From Azolla caroliniana (Eukaryota; Plantae; Polypodiophyta): a stretch of DNA of 64,000 nucleotides. The number at the start of each line of letters is the position of its first letter. The stretch's first letter is position 1. Positions 25,301 through 40,400 of the stretch are shown piece after piece. The notes below the pieces were generated by a model. That model made no database searches and had not been told where the DNA came from. It was given only the letters and a program-made list of their open reading frames with translations. Location of the stretch: the NCBI GenBank assembly GCA_043228905.1, contig JBHGNT010000016.1, positions 310,001-374,000 of the forward strand, read 5' to 3'. The translations under genes and the position numbers were made by a program.

Positions 25301-27420
25301 CGCTGTTAGCTTCGATTCACATGTTTGAACACAAAAATCCGATATCACACGAGCCACGGATGAACATTTTAATTTACTAACGCGCTCTTCTCCACTACCT
25401 CCTCAAATTTGCTAATTTCTTCATGTCTCTCGACCTGAGTTTCAAAATCTGGATTTTTTAACTCCTTAACAGAGCTAGCGCTGTTAGCTTCGATTCGCAT
25501 GTTTGAACACAAAAATCCGATATCACAAGAGCTAGGTATGAACATTTTAATTTACCTACTAGCTCTTGTTAACTCCCTCCTCAAATTTGTTCATTTCTTC
25601 ATGTCTCTCGATCTGAGTTTCAAAATCTTGATTTTTTAATTCCTATCAGAGCTAGCACTGTTAGCTTCGATTCACATGTTTGAACACAAAAATCCGATAT
25701 CACACGAGCCACGTATGAACTTTTTAATTTACCTACTAGCGCTTGTCAACTCCCTCTTCAAATTTGCTAATTTCTTCATGTCTCTCGACCTGAGTTTCAA
25801 AATCTTGATTTTTTAATTCCATATCAAAGCTACCGTTGTTAGCTTCGATTCGCATGTTTGAACACAAAAATCCGATATCACATGAGCCACGTATGAACAT
25901 TTTAATTTACCTACTAGCTCTTGTCAACTCCCTCCTAAAATTTGCTAATTTCTTCATGTCTCTCGACCTGAGTTTCAAAATCTTGATTTTTCAATTCCAT
26001 ATTAGACCTAGCGTTAGCTTCGATTCGCATGTTTGAACATAAAAATCCGATATCATACGAGCCAGGTATGAACCTTTTAATTTACCTACTAGCGCTTGTC
26101 AACTCCCTCCTCAAATTTGCTAATTTCTTCATGTCTCTCGACCTGAGCTACAAAATCTTGATTTTTTAATTCCGTAACATAGCTAGCGCTGTTAGCTTCG
26201 ATTCACATGTTTCAACACAAAAATCCGATATCACACGAGCCACGGATGAACATTTTAATTTACCTACTAGCGCTTGTCAACTCCCTCCTCACATTTGCTA
26301 ATTTCTTGATGTCTCTCGACCTGAGTTTCAAAATCTTGATTTTTTAATACCATATCAGAGCTAGCGTTGTTAGCTTCGATTCACATGTTTGAACACAAAA
26401 ATCTGATATCACACGAGCCACGTATGAACATTTTAATTTACCTACTAGCTCTTGTCAACTCCCTCCTCAAATTTACTAATTTTTTCATGTGTGTCGACCT
26501 GAGTTTCAAAATCTTGATTTTTTAATTCCATATCACAGCTAGCGTTGTTAGCTTCGATTCACATGTTTGAACACAAAAATCAGATATCAGACGAGCCTGG
26601 TATGAACATTTTAATTTACTAACGCGCTCTTCTCCACTACCTCCTCAAATGTGTGTCGACCTGAGTTTCAAAATCTTGATTTTTTAATTCCATATCACAG
26701 CTAGCGTTGTTAGCTTCGATTCCCATGTTTGAACACAGAAATCAGATATCAGACGAGCCTGGTATGAACATTTTAATTTACTAACGCGCTCTTCTCCACT
26801 ACCTCCTCAAATTTGCTAATTTCTTCATGTCTCTCGACCTGAGTTTCAAAATCTTGATTTTTCAATTCCATATCAGAGCTAGCGTTCTTAGCTTTGATTC
26901 TTATGTTTAAACACAAAAATCCAATATCACACGAGCCAGGTATGAACATTTTAATTTACCTACTAGCTCTTGTCAACTCCCTCCTGAAATTTCTTAATTT
27001 CTTCATGTCTCTTGACCTGAGTTTCAAAATCTTGATTTTTTAATTCCATAATAGAGCTAGCGCTGTTAGCTTCGATTCAAATGTTTGAACACAAAAATCC
27101 GATATCACACGAGCCACGGATGAACATTTTAATTTACTAACGCGCTCTTCTCCACTACCTCCTCAAATTTGCTAATTTCTTCATGTCTCTCGACCTGAGT
27201 TTCAAAATCTGGATTTTTCAACTCCTTAACAGAGCTAGCGCTGTTAGCTTCGATTCGCATGTTTGAACACAAAAATCCGATATCACAAGAGCTAGGTATG
27301 AACATTTTAATTTACCTACTAGCTCTTGTTAACTCCCTCCTCAAATTTGTTAATTTCTTCATGTCTCTCGATCTGAGTTTCAAAATCTTGATTTTTTAAT
27401 TCCTATCAGAGCTAGCACTG
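22315..27420 (+). repeat. 10-mer HOR (1761/1760 bp), about 3 copies
   Basis: ORF starts 22315, 24076, 25836. 16-bp-deletion monomers at 23129, 24890, 26650. 1761 = 10x178 - 3 - 16. Confidence 0.88.
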
Positions 27421-29882
27421 TTAGCTTCGATTCACATGTTTGAACACAAAAATCCGATATCACACGAGCCACGTATGAACATTTTAATTTACCTACTAGC
27501 GCTTGTCAACTCCCTCTTCAAATTTGCTAATTTCTTCATGTCTCTCGACCTGAGTTTCAAAATCTTGATTTTTTAATTCCATATCAGAGCTAGCGTTGTT
27601 AGCTTCGATTCGCATGTTTGAACATAAAAATCCGATATCCTACGAGCCAGGTATGAACCTTTTAATTTACCTACTAGCGCTTGTCAACTCCCTCCGCAAA
27701 TTAGCTAATTTCTTCATGTCTCTCGACCTGAGTTTCAAAATCTTGATTTTTTAATACCATATCAGAGCTAGCGTTGCTAGCTTCGATTCGCATGTTTGAA
27801 CATAAAAATCCGATATCACACGAGCCTGGTATGAACATTTTAATTTACTAACGCGCTCTTCTCCACTACGTCCTCAAATTTACTAATTTCTTCATGTCTC
27901 TCGACCTGAGTTTCAAAATCTTGATTTTTTATATGTATATTAGAGCTACCGTTGTTAGCTTCGATTCGCATGTTTGAACACAAAAATCCGATATCACATG
28001 AGCCACGTATGAACATTTTAATTTACCTACTAGCTCTTGTCAACTCCCTCCTCAAATTTGCTAATTTCTTCATGTCTCTCGACCTGAGTTTCAAAATCTT
28101 GATTTTTCAATTCCATATTAGACCTAGCGTTAGCTTCGATTCGCATGTTTGAACATAAAAATCCGATATCATACGAGCCAGGTATGAACCTTTTAATTTA
28201 CCTACTAGCGCTTGTCAACTCCCTCCTCAAATTTGCTAATTTCTTCATGTCTCTCGACCTGAGCTACAAAATCTTGATTTTTTAATTCCGTAACATAGCT
28301 AGCGCTGTTAGCTTCGATTCACATGTTTGAACACAAAAATCCGATATCACACGAGCCACGGATGAACATTTTAATTTACCTACTAGCGCTTGTCAACTCC
28401 CTCCTCAAATTTGCTAATTTCTTCATGTCTCTCGACCTGAGCTACAAAATCTTGATTTTTTAATTCCGTAACATAGCTAGCGCTGTTAGCTTCGATTCAC
28501 ATGTTTGAACACAAAAATCCGATATCACACGAGCCACGGATGAACATTTTAATTTACCTACTAGGGCTTGTCAACTCCCTCCTCAAATTTGCTAATTTCT
28601 TCATGTGTCTCGACCTGAGTTTCAAAATCTTGATTTTTTAATACCATATCAGAGCTAGCATTGTTAGCTTCGATTCACATGTTTGAACACAAAAAACTGA
28701 TATCACACGAGCCTGGTATGAACATTTTAATTTACCTACTAGGGCTTGTCAACTCCCTCCTTAAATTTACTAATTTTTTCATGTGTGTCGACCTGAGTTT
28801 CAAAATCTTGATTTTTTAATACCATATCAGAGCTAGCGGTGTTAGCTTCGATTCCCATGTTTGAACACAGAAATCAGATATCAGACGAGCCTGGTATGAA
28901 CATTTTAATTTACTAACGCGCTCTTCTCCACTACCTGTCTCTCGACCTGAGTTTCAAAATCTGGATTTTTCAATTCCATATCAGAGCTAGCGTTGTTAGC
29001 TTTGATTCTTATGTTTGAACACAAAAATCCGATATCACACGAGCCAGGTATGAACATTTTAATTTACCTACTAGCGCTTATCAACTCCCTCCTCAAATTT
29101 GCTAATTTCTTCATGTCTCTCGACCTGAGTTTCAAAATCTTGATTTTTCAATTCCATATTAGAGCTAGCGTTCTTAGCTTCGATTCGCAAGTTTGAACAC
29201 AAAAATCCGATATTACACGAGCCACGTATGAACATTTTAATTTACCTACTAGCGCTTGTAACCTCCCTCATGAAACTTGCTAATTTCTTCATGTCTCTCG
29301 ACCTGAGTTTCAAAATCTTGATTTTTTAATTGCATATCAAAGCTAGCGCTGTTAGCTTCGATTCACATGTTTGAACACAAAAATCCGATATCACACAAGC
29401 CACGGATGGACATTATAATTTACCTACTAGCGCTTGTCAACTCCCTCCTCAACTTTGCTAATTTCTTCATGTCTCTGGACCTGAGTTTCAAAATTTTGAT
29501 TTTTTAATTCCATATCAGAGCTAGCGTTGTTAGCTTTGATTCGCATGTTTGAACATAAAAATCCGATATCATACGAGCCAGGTATGAACCTTTTAATTTA
29601 CCTACTAGCGCTTGTCAACTCCCTCCGCAAATTTGCTAATTTCTTCATGTCTCTCGACCTGAGTTTCAAAATCTAGATTTTTCAACTCCTTAACAGAGCT
29701 AACGTTGTTAGCTTCGATTCCCATGTTTGAACACAAAAATCCGATATCACACGAGCCACGGATGAACATTTTAATTTACTAACGCGCTCTTCTCCACTAC
29801 CTCCTCAAATTTGCTAATTTCTTCATGTCTCACGACCTGAATTTCAAAATCTTGATTTTTCAATTCCATATCAGAGCTAGCG

Positions 29883-32800
29883 TTGTTAGCTTCGATTCGC
29901 ATGTTTGAACACAAAAATCCGATATCACATGAGCCACGTATGAACATTTTAATTTACCTACTAGCTCTTGTCAACTCCCTCCTAAAATTTGCTAATTTCT
30001 TCATGTCTCTCGACCTGAGTTTCAAAATCTTGATTTTTCAATTCCATATTAGACCTAGCGTTACCTTCGATTCGCATCTTTGAACATAAAAATCCGATAT
30101 CATACGAGCCAGGTATGAACCTTTTAATTTACCTACTAGCGCTTGTCAACTCCCTCCTCAAATTTGCTAATTTCTTCATGTCTCTCGACCTGAGCTACAA
30201 AATCTTGATTTTTTAATTCCGTAACATAGCTAGCGCTGTTAGCTTCGATTCACATGTTTGAACACAAAAATCCGATATCACACGAGCCACGGATGAACAT
30301 TTTAATTTACCTACTAGCGCTTGTCAACTCCCTCCTCACATTTGCTAATTTCTTGATGTCTCTCGACCTGTGTTTCAAAATCTTGATTTTTTAATACCAT
30401 ATCAGAGCTAGCGTTGTTAGCTTCGATTCACATGTTTGAACACAAAAATCTGATATCACACGAGCCACGTATGAACATTTTAATTTACCTACTAGCTCTT
30501 GTCAACTCCCTCCTCAAATTTACTATTTTTTTCATGTGTGTCGACCTGAGTTTCAAAATCTTGATTTTTTAATTCCATATCACAGCTAGCGTTGTTAGCT
30601 TCGATTCCCATGTTTGAACACAAAAATCAGATATCAGACGAGCCTGGTATGAACATTTTAATTTACTAACGCGCTCTTCTCCACTACCTCCTCAAATGTG
30701 TGTCGACCTGAGTTTCAAAATCTTGATTTTTTAATTCCATATCACAGCTAGCGTTGTTAGCTTCGATTCCCATGTTTGAATACAGAAATCAGATATCAGA
30801 CGAGCCTGGTATGAACATTTTAATTTACTAACGCGCTCTTCTCCACTACCTCCTCAAATTTGCTAATTTCTTCATGTCTCTCGACCTGAGTTTCAAAATC
30901 TTGATTTTTCAATTCCATATCAGAGCTAGCGTTGTTAGCTTTGATTCTTATGTTTGAACACAAAAATCCGATATCACACGAGCCAGGTATGAACATTTTA
31001 ATTTACCTACTAGCTCTTGTCAACTCCCTCCTGAAATTTCTTAATTTCTTCATGTCTCTTGACCTGAGTTTCAAAATCTTGATTTTTTAATTCCATAATA
31101 GAGCTAGCGCTGTTAGCTTCGATTCACATGTTTGAACACAAAAATCCGATATCACACGAGCCACGGATGAACATTTTAATTTACCTACTAGCGCTTGTCA
31201 ACTCCCTCCTCAAATTTGCTAATTTCTTCATGTCTCTCGACCTGAGTTTCAAAATCTTGATTTTTTAATACCATATTAGAGCTAGCGTTGTTAGCTTCGA
31301 TTCACATGTTTGAACACAAAAATCTGATATCACACGAGCCACGTATGAACATTTTAATTTACCTACTAGCTCTTGTCAACTCCCTCCTCAAATTTACTAA
31401 TTTTTTCATGTGTGTCGACCTGAGTTTCAAAATCTTGATTTTTTAATTCCATATCACAGCTAGCGTTGTTAGCTTCGATTCCCATGTTTGAACACAGAAA
31501 TCAGATATCACACGAGCCTGGTATGAACATTTTAATTTACTAACACGCTCTTCTCCACTACCTCCTCAAATTTGCTAATTTCTTCATGTCTCTCGACCTG
31601 AGTTTCAAAATCTTGATTTTTCAATTCCATATCAGAGCTACCGTTGTTAGCTTCGATTCGCATGTTTGAACACAAAAATCCGATATCACATGAGCCACGT
31701 ATGAACATTTTAATTTACCTACTAGCTCTTGTCAACTCCCTCCTAAAATTTGCTAATTTCTTCATGTCTCTCGACCTGAGTTTCAAAATCTTGATTTTTC
31801 AATTCCATATTAGACCTAGCGTTACCTTCGATTCGCATGTTTGAACATAAAAATCCGATATCATACGAGCCAGGTATGAACCTTTTAATTTACCTACTAG
31901 CGCTTGTCAACTCCCTCCTCAAATTTGCTAATTTCTTCATGTCTCTCGACCTGAGCTACAAAATCTTGATTTTTTAATTCCGTAACATAGCTAGCGCTGT
32001 TAGCTTCGATTCACATGTTTGAACACAAAAATCCGATATCACACGAGCCACGGATGAACATTTTAATTTACCTACTAGCGCTTGTCAACTCCCTCCTCAC
32101 ATTTGCTAATTTCTTGATGTCTCTCGACCTGAGTTTCAAAATCTTGATTTTTTAATACCATATCAGAGCTAGCGTTGTTAGCTTCGATTCACATGTTTGA
32201 ACACAAAAATCTGATATCACACGAGCCACGTATGAACATTTTAATTTACCTACTAGCTCTTGTCAACTCCCTCCTCAAATTTACTATTTTTTTCATGTGT
32301 GTCGACCTGAGTTTCAAAATCTTGATTTTTTAATTCCATATCACAGCTAGCGTTGTTAGCTTCGATTCCCATGTTTGAACACAAAAATCAGATATCAGAC
32401 GAGCCTGGTATGAACATTTTAATTTACTAACGCGCTCTTCTCCACTACCTCCTCAAATGTGTGTCGACCTGAGTTTCAAAATCTTGATTTTTTAATTCCA
32501 TATCACAGCTAGCGTTGTTAGCTTCGATTCCCATGTTTGAATACAGAAATCAGATATCAGACGAGCCTGGTATGAACATTTTAATTTACTAACGCGCTCT
32601 TCTCCACTACCTCCTCAAATTTGCTAATTTCTTCATGTCTCTCGACCTGAGTTTCAAAATCTTGATTTTTCAATTCCATATCAGAGCTAGCGTTGTTAGC
32701 TTTGATTCTTATGTTTGAACACAAAAATCCGATATCACACGAGCCAGGTATGAACATTTTAATTTACCTACTAGCTCTTGTCAACTCCCTCCTGAAATTT

Positions 32801-35800
32801 CTTAATTTCTTCATGTCTCTTGACCTGAGTTTCAAAATCTTGATTTTTTAATTCCATAATAGAGCTAGCGCTGTTAGCTTCGATTCACATGTTTGAACAC
32901 AAAAATCCGATATCACACGAGCCACGGATGAACATTTTAATTTACCTACTAGCGCTTGTCAACTCCCTCCTCAAATTTGCTAATTTCTTCATGTCTCTCG
33001 ACCTGAGTTTCAAAATCTTGATTTTTTAATACCATATTAGAGCTAGCGTTGTTAGCTTCGATTCACATGTTTGAACACAAAAATCTGATATCACACGAGC
33101 CACGTATGAACATTTTAATTTACCTACTAGCTCTTGTCAACTCCCTCCTCAAATTTACTAATTTTTTCATGTGTGTCGACCTGAGTTTCAAAATCTTGAT
33201 TTTTTAATTCCATATCACAGCTAGCGTTGTTAGCTTCGATTCCCATGTTTGAACACAGAAATCAGATATCACACGAGCCTGGTATGAACATTTTAATTTA
33301 CTAACACGCTCTTCTCCACTACCTCCTCAAATTTGCTAATTTCTTCATGTCTCTCGACCTGAGTTTCAAAATCTTGATTTTTCAATTCCATATCAGAGCT
33401 ACCGTTGTTAGCTTCGATTCGCATGTTTGAACACAAAAATCCGATATCACATGAGCCACGTATGAACATTTTAATTTACCTACTAGCTCTTGTCAACTCC
33501 CTCCTAAAATTTGCTAATTTCTTCATGTCTCTCGACCTGAGTTTCAAAATCTTGATTTTTCAATTCCATATTAGACCTAGCGTTACCTTCGATTCGCATG
33601 TTTGAACATAAAAATCCGATATCATACGAGCCAGGTATGAACCTTTTAATTTACCTACTAGCGCTTGTCAACTCCCTCCTCAAATTTGCTAATTTCTTCA
33701 TGTCTCTCGACCTGAGCTACAAAATCTTGATTTTTTAATTCCGTAACATAGCTAGCGCTGTTAGCTTCGATTCACATGTTTGAACACAAAAATCCGATAT
33801 CACACGAGCCACGGATGAACATTTTAATTTACCTACTAGCGCTTGTCAACTCCCTCCTCACATTTGCTAATTTCTTGATGTCTCTCGACCTGAGTTTCAA
33901 AATCTTGATTTTTTAATACCATATCAGAGCTAGCGTTGTTAGCTTCGATTCACATGTTTGAACACAAAAATCTGATATCACACGAGCCACGTATGAACAT
34001 TTTAATTTACCTACTAGCTCTTGTCAACTCCCTCCTCAAATTTACTATTTTTTTCATGTGTGTCGACCTGAGTTTCAAAATCTTGATTTTTTAATTCCAT
34101 ATCACAGCTAGCGTTGTTAGCTTCGATTCCCATGTTTGAACACAAAAATCAGATATCAGACGAGCCTGGTATGAACATTTTAATTTACTAACGCGCTCTT
34201 CTCCACTACCTCCTCAAATGTGTGTCGACCTGAGTTTCAAAATCTTGATTTTTTAATTCCATATCACAGCTAGCGTTGTTAGCTTCGATTCCCATGTTTG
34301 AACACAGAAATCAGATATCAGACGAGCCTGGTATGAACATTTTAATTTACTAACGCGCTCTTCTCCACTACCTCCTCAAATTTGCTAATTTCTTCATGTC
34401 TCTCGACCTGAGTTTCAAAATCTTGATTTTTCAATTCCATATCAGAGCTAGCGTTGTTAGCTTTGATTCTTATGTTTGAACACAAAAATCCGATATCACA
34501 CGAGCCAGGTATGAACATTTTAATTTACCTACTAGCTCTTGTCAACTCCCTCCTGAAATTTCTTAATTTCTTCATGTCTCTTGACCTGAGTTTCAAAATC
34601 TTGATTTTTTAATTCCATAATAGAGCTAGCGCTGTTAGCTTCGATTCACATGTTTGAACACAAAAATCCGATATCACACGAGCCACGGATGAACATTTTA
34701 ATTTACTAACGCGCTCTTCTCCACTACCTCCTCAAATTTGCTAATTTCTTCATGTCTCTCGACCTGAGTTTCAAAATCTGGATTTTTTAACTCCTTAACA
34801 GAGCTAGCGCTGTTAGCTTCGATTCGCATGTTTGAACACAAAAATCCGATATCACAAGAGCTAGGTATGAACATTTTAATTTACCTACTAGCTCTTGTTA
34901 ACTCCCTCCTCAAATTTGTTAATTTCTTCATGTCTCTCGATCTGAGTTTCAAAATCTTGATTTTTTAATTCCTATCAGAGCTAGCACTGTTAGCTTCGAT
35001 TCACATGTTTGAACACAAAAATCCGATATCACACGAGCCACGTATGAACATTTTAATTTACCTACTAGCGCTTGTCAACTCCCTCTTCAAATTTGCTAAT
35101 TTCTTCATGTCTCTCGACCTGAGTTTCAAAATCTTGATTTTTTAATTCCATATCAGAGCTACCGTTGTTAGCTTCGATTCGCATGTTTGAACACAAAAAT
35201 CCGATATCACATGAGCCACGTATGAACATTTTAATTTACCTACTAGCTCTTGTCAACTCCCTCCTAAAATTTGCTAATTTCTTCATGTCTCTCGACCTGA
35301 GTTTCAAAATCTTGATTTTTCAATTCCATATTAGACCTAGCGTTACCTTCGATTCGCATGTTTGAACATAAAAATCCGATATCATACGAGCCAGGTATGA
35401 ACCTTTTAATTTACCTACTAGCGCTTGTCAACTCCCTCCTCAAATTTGCTAATTTCTTCATGTCTCTCGACCAGAGCTACAAAATCTTGATTTTTTAATT
35501 CCGTAACATAGCTAGCGCTGTTAGCTTCGATTCACATGTTTCAACACAAAAATCCGATATCACACGAGCCACGGATGAACATTTTAATTTACCTACTAGC
35601 GCTTGTCAACTCCCTCCTCACATTTGCTAATTTCTTGATGTCTCTCGACCTGAGTTTCAAAATCTTGATTTTTTAATACCATATCAGAGCTAGCGTTGTT
35701 AGCTTCGATTCACATGTTTGAACACAAAAATCTGATATCACACGAGCCACGTATGAACATTTTAATTTACCTACTAGCTCTTGTCAACTCCCTCCTCAAA

Positions 35801-36749
35801 TTTACTAATTTTTTCATGTGTGTCGATCTGAGTTTCAAAATCTTGATTTTTTAATTCCATATCACAGCTAGCGTTGTTAGCTTCGATTCCCATGTTTGAA
35901 CACAAAAATCAGATATCAGACGAGCCTGGTATGAACATTTTAATTTACTAACGCGCTCTTCTCCACTACCTCCTCAAATGTGTGTCGACCTGAGTTTCAA
36001 AATCTTGATTTTTTAATTCCATATCACAGCTAGCGTTGTTAGCTTCGATTCCCATGTTTGAACACAGAAATCAGATATCAGACGAGCCTGGTATGAACAT
36101 TTTAATTTACTAACGCGCTCTTCTCCACTACCTCCTCAAATTTGCTAATTTCTTTATGTCTCTCGACCTGAGTTTCAAAATCTTGATTTTTCAATTCCAT
36201 ATCAGAGCTAGCGTTCTTAGCTTTGATTCTTATGTTTGAACACAAAAATCCAATATCACACGAGCCAGGTATGAACATTTTAATTTACCTACTAGCTCTT
36301 GTCAACTCCCTCCTGAAATTTCTTAATTTCTTCATGTCTCTTGACCTGAGTTTCAAAATCTTGATTTTTTAATTCCATAATAGAGCTAGCGCTGTTAGCT
36401 TCGATTCACATGTTTGAACACAAAAATGCGATATCACACGAGCCACGGATGAACATTTTAATTTACTAACGCGCTCTTCTCCACTACCTCCTCAAATTTG
36501 CTAATTTCTTCATGTCTCTCGACCTGAGTTTCAAAATCTGGATTTTTCAACTCCTTAACAGAGCTAGCGCTGTTAGCTTCGATTCGCATGTTTGAACACA
36601 AAAATCCGATATCACAAGAGCTAGGTATGAACATTTTAATTTACCTACTAGCTCTTGTTAACTCCCTCCTCAAATTTGTTAATTTCTTCATGTCTCTCGA
36701 TCTGAGTTTCAAAATCTTGATTTTTTAATTCCTATCAGAGCTAGCACTG
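29883..36749 (+). repeat. 10-mer HOR (1761/1760 bp), about 4 copies
   Basis: ORF starts 29883, 31644, 33405, 35165. 16-bp-deletion monomers at 30697, 32458, 34219, 35979. Confidence 0.9.
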
Positions 36750-37479
36750 TTAGCTTCGATTCACATGTTTGAACACAAAAATCCGATATCACACGAGCCA
36801 CGTATGAACATTTTAATTTACGTACTAGCGCTTGTCAACTCCCTCTTCAAATTTGCTAATTTCTTCATGTCTCTCGACCTGAGTTTCAAAATCTTGATTT
36901 TTTAATTCCATATCAGAGCTAGCGTTGTTAGCTTCGATTCGCATGTTTGAACATAAAAATCCGATATCCTACGAGCCAGGTATGAACCTTTTAATTTACC
37001 TACTAGCGCTTGTCAACTCCCTCCGCAAATTAGCTAATTTCTTCATGTCTCTCGACCTGAGTTTCAAAATCTTGATTTTTTAATACCATATCAGAGCTAG
37101 CGTTGCTAGCTTCGATTCGCATGTTTGAACATAAAAATCCGATATCACACGAGCCTGGTATGAACATTTTAATTTACTAACGCGCTCTTCTCCACTACGT
37201 CCTCAAATTTACTAATTTCTTCATGTCTCTCGACCTGAGTTTCAAAATCTTGATTTTTTATATGTATATTAGAGCTACCGTTGTTAGCTTCGATTCGCAT
37301 GTTTGAACACAAAAATCCGATATCACATGAGCCACGTATGAACATTTTAATTTACCTACTAGCTCTTGTCAACTCCCTCCTCAAATTTGCTAATTTCTTC
37401 ATGTCTCTCGACCTGAGTTTCAAAATCTTGATTTTTCAATTCCATATTAGACCTAGCGTTAGCTTCGATTCGCATGTTT

Positions 37480-40400
37480 GAACATAAAAATCCGATATCA
37501 TACGAGCCAGGTATGAACCTTTTAATTTACCTACTAGCGCTTGTCAACTCCCTCCTCAAATTTGCTAATTTCTTCATGTCTCTCGACCTGAGCTACAAAA
37601 TCTTGATTTTTTAATTCCGTAACATAGCTAGCGCTGTTAGCTTCGATTCACATGTTTGAACACAAAAATCCGATATCACACGAGCCACGGATGAACATTT
37701 TAATTTACCTACTAGCGCTTGTCAACTCCCTCCTCAAATTTGCTAATTTCTTCATGTCTCTCGACCTGAGCTACAAAATCTTGATTTTTTAATTCCGTAA
37801 CATAGCTAGCGCTGTTAGCTTCGATTCACATGTTTGAACACAAAAATACGATATCACACGAGCCACGGATGAACATTTTAATTTACCTACTAGGGCTTGT
37901 CAACTCCCTCCTCAAATTTGCTAATTTCTTCATGTGTCTCGACCTGAGTTTCAAAATCTTGATTTTTTAATACCATATCAGAGCTAGCGTTGTTAGCTTC
38001 GATTCACATGTTTGAACACAAAAAACTGATATCACACGAGCCTGGTATGAACATTTTAATTTACCTACTAGGGCTTGTCAACTCCCTCCTTAAATTTACT
38101 AATTTTTTCATGTGTGTCGACCTGAGTTTCAAAATCTTGATTTTTTAATACCATATCAGAGCTAGCGGTGTTAGCTTCGATTCCCATGTTTGAACACAGA
38201 AATCAGATATCAGACGAGCCTGGTATGAACATTTTAATTTACTAACGCGCTCTTCTCCACTACCTGTCTCTCGACCTGAGTTTCAAAATCTGGATTTTTC
38301 AATTCCATATCAGAGCTAGCGTTGTTAGCTTTGATTCTTATGTTTGAACACAAAAATCCGATATCACACGAGCCAGGTATGAACATTTTAATTTACCTAC
38401 TAGCGCTTATCAACTCCCTCCTCAAATTTGCTAATTTCTTCATGTCTCTCGACCTGAGTTTCAAAATCTTGATTTTTCAATTCCATATTAGAGCTAGCGT
38501 TCTTAGCTTCGATTCGCAAGTTTGAACACAAAAATCCGATATTACACGAGCCACGTATGAACATTTTAATTTACCTACTAGCGCTTGTAACCTCCCTCAT
38601 GAAACTTGCTAATTTCTTCATGTCTCTCGACCTGAGTTTCAAAATCTTGATTTTTTAATTGCATATCAAAGCTAGCGCTGTTAGCTTCGATTCACATGTT
38701 TGAACACAAAAATCCGATATCACACAAGCCACGGATGGACATTATAATTTACCTACTAGCGCTTGTCAACTCCCTCCTCAACTTTGCTAATTTCTTCATG
38801 TCTCTGGACCTGAGTTTCAAAATTTTGATTTTTTAATTCCATATCAGAGCTAGCGTTGTTAGCTTCGATTCGCATGTTTGAACATAAAAATCCGATATCA
38901 TACGAGCCAGGTATGAACCTTTTAATTTACCTACTAGCGCTTGTCAACTCCCTCCTCAAATTTGCTAATTTCTTCATGTCTCTCGACCTGAGCTACAAAA
39001 TCTTGATTTTTTAATTCCGTAACATAGCTAGCGCTGTTAGCTTCGATTCACATGTTTGAACACAAAAATCCGATATCACACGAGCCACGGATGAACATTT
39101 TAATTTACCTACTAGCGCTTGTCAACTCCCTCCTCAAATTTGCTAATTTCTTCATGTCTCTCGACCTGAGCTACAAAATCTTGATTTTTTAATTCCGTAA
39201 CATAGCTAGCGCTGTTAGCTTCGATTCACATGTTTGAACACAAAAAGCCGATATCACACGAGCCACGGATGAACATTTTAATTTACCTACTAGGGCTTGT
39301 CAACTCCCTCCTCAAATTTGCTAATTTCTTCATGTGTCTCGACCTGAGTTTCAAAATCTTGATTTTTTAAAACCATATCAGAGCTAGCGGTGTTAGCTTC
39401 GATTCCCATGTTTGAACACAGAAATCAGATATCAGACGAGCCTGGTATGAACATTTTAATTTACTAACGCGCTCTTCTCCACTACCTGTCTCTCGACCTG
39501 AGTTTCAAAATCTGGATTTTTCAATTCCATATCAGAGCTAGCGTTGTTAGCTTTGATTCTTATGTTTGAACACAGAAATCAGATATCAGACGAGCCTGGT
39601 ATGAACATTTTAATTTACTAACGCGCTCTTCTCCACTACCTGTCTCTCGACCTGAGTTTCAAAATCTGGATTTTTCAATTCCATATCAGAGCTAGCGTTG
39701 TTAGCTTTGATTCTTATGTTTGAACACAAAAATCCGATATCACACGAGCCAGGTATGAACATTTTAATTTACCTACTAGCGCTTATCAACTCCCTCCTCA
39801 AATTTGCTAATTTCTTCATGTCTCTCGACCTGAGTTTCAAAATCTTGATTTTTCAATTCCATATTAGAGCTAGCGTTCTTAGCTTCGATTCGCAAGTTTG
39901 AACACAAAAATCCGATATTACACGAGCCACGTATGAACATTTTAATTTACCTACTAGCGCTTGTAACCTCCCTCATGAAACTTGCTAATTTCTTCATGTC
40001 TCTCGACCTGAGTTTCAAAATCTTGATTTTTTAATTGCATATCAAAGCTAGCGCTGTTAGCTTCGATTCACATGTTTGAACACAAAAATCCGATATCACA
40101 CAAGCCACGGATGGACATTATAATTTACCTACTAGCGCTTGTCAACTCCCTCCTCAACTTTGCTAATTTCTTCATGTCTCTGGACCTGAGTTTCAAAATT
40201 TTGATTTTTTAATTCCATATCAGAGCTAGCGTTGTTAGCTTCGATTCGCATGTTTGAACATAAAAATCCGATATCATACGAGCCAGGTATGAACCTTTTA
40301 ATTTACCTACTAGCGCTTGTCAACTCCCTCCTCAAATTTGCTAATTTCTTCATGTCTCTCGACCTGAGCTACAAAATCTTGATTTTTTAATTCCGTAACA

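Larger units (their letters stand above)
19853..38950 (+). repeat. Super-HOR: 43-mer unit (7568 bp, ~19853-27420), 53-mer unit (9329 bp, ~27421-36749) and a partial third copy
   Basis: ORF starts 20384/27952/37281 and 21425/28993/38322; 24-bp deletion at 21368/28936/38265. 7568 = 43x178 - 86 (4x3 + 3x16 + 24 + 2x1), and 9329 = 7568 + 1761. Confidence 0.88.
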
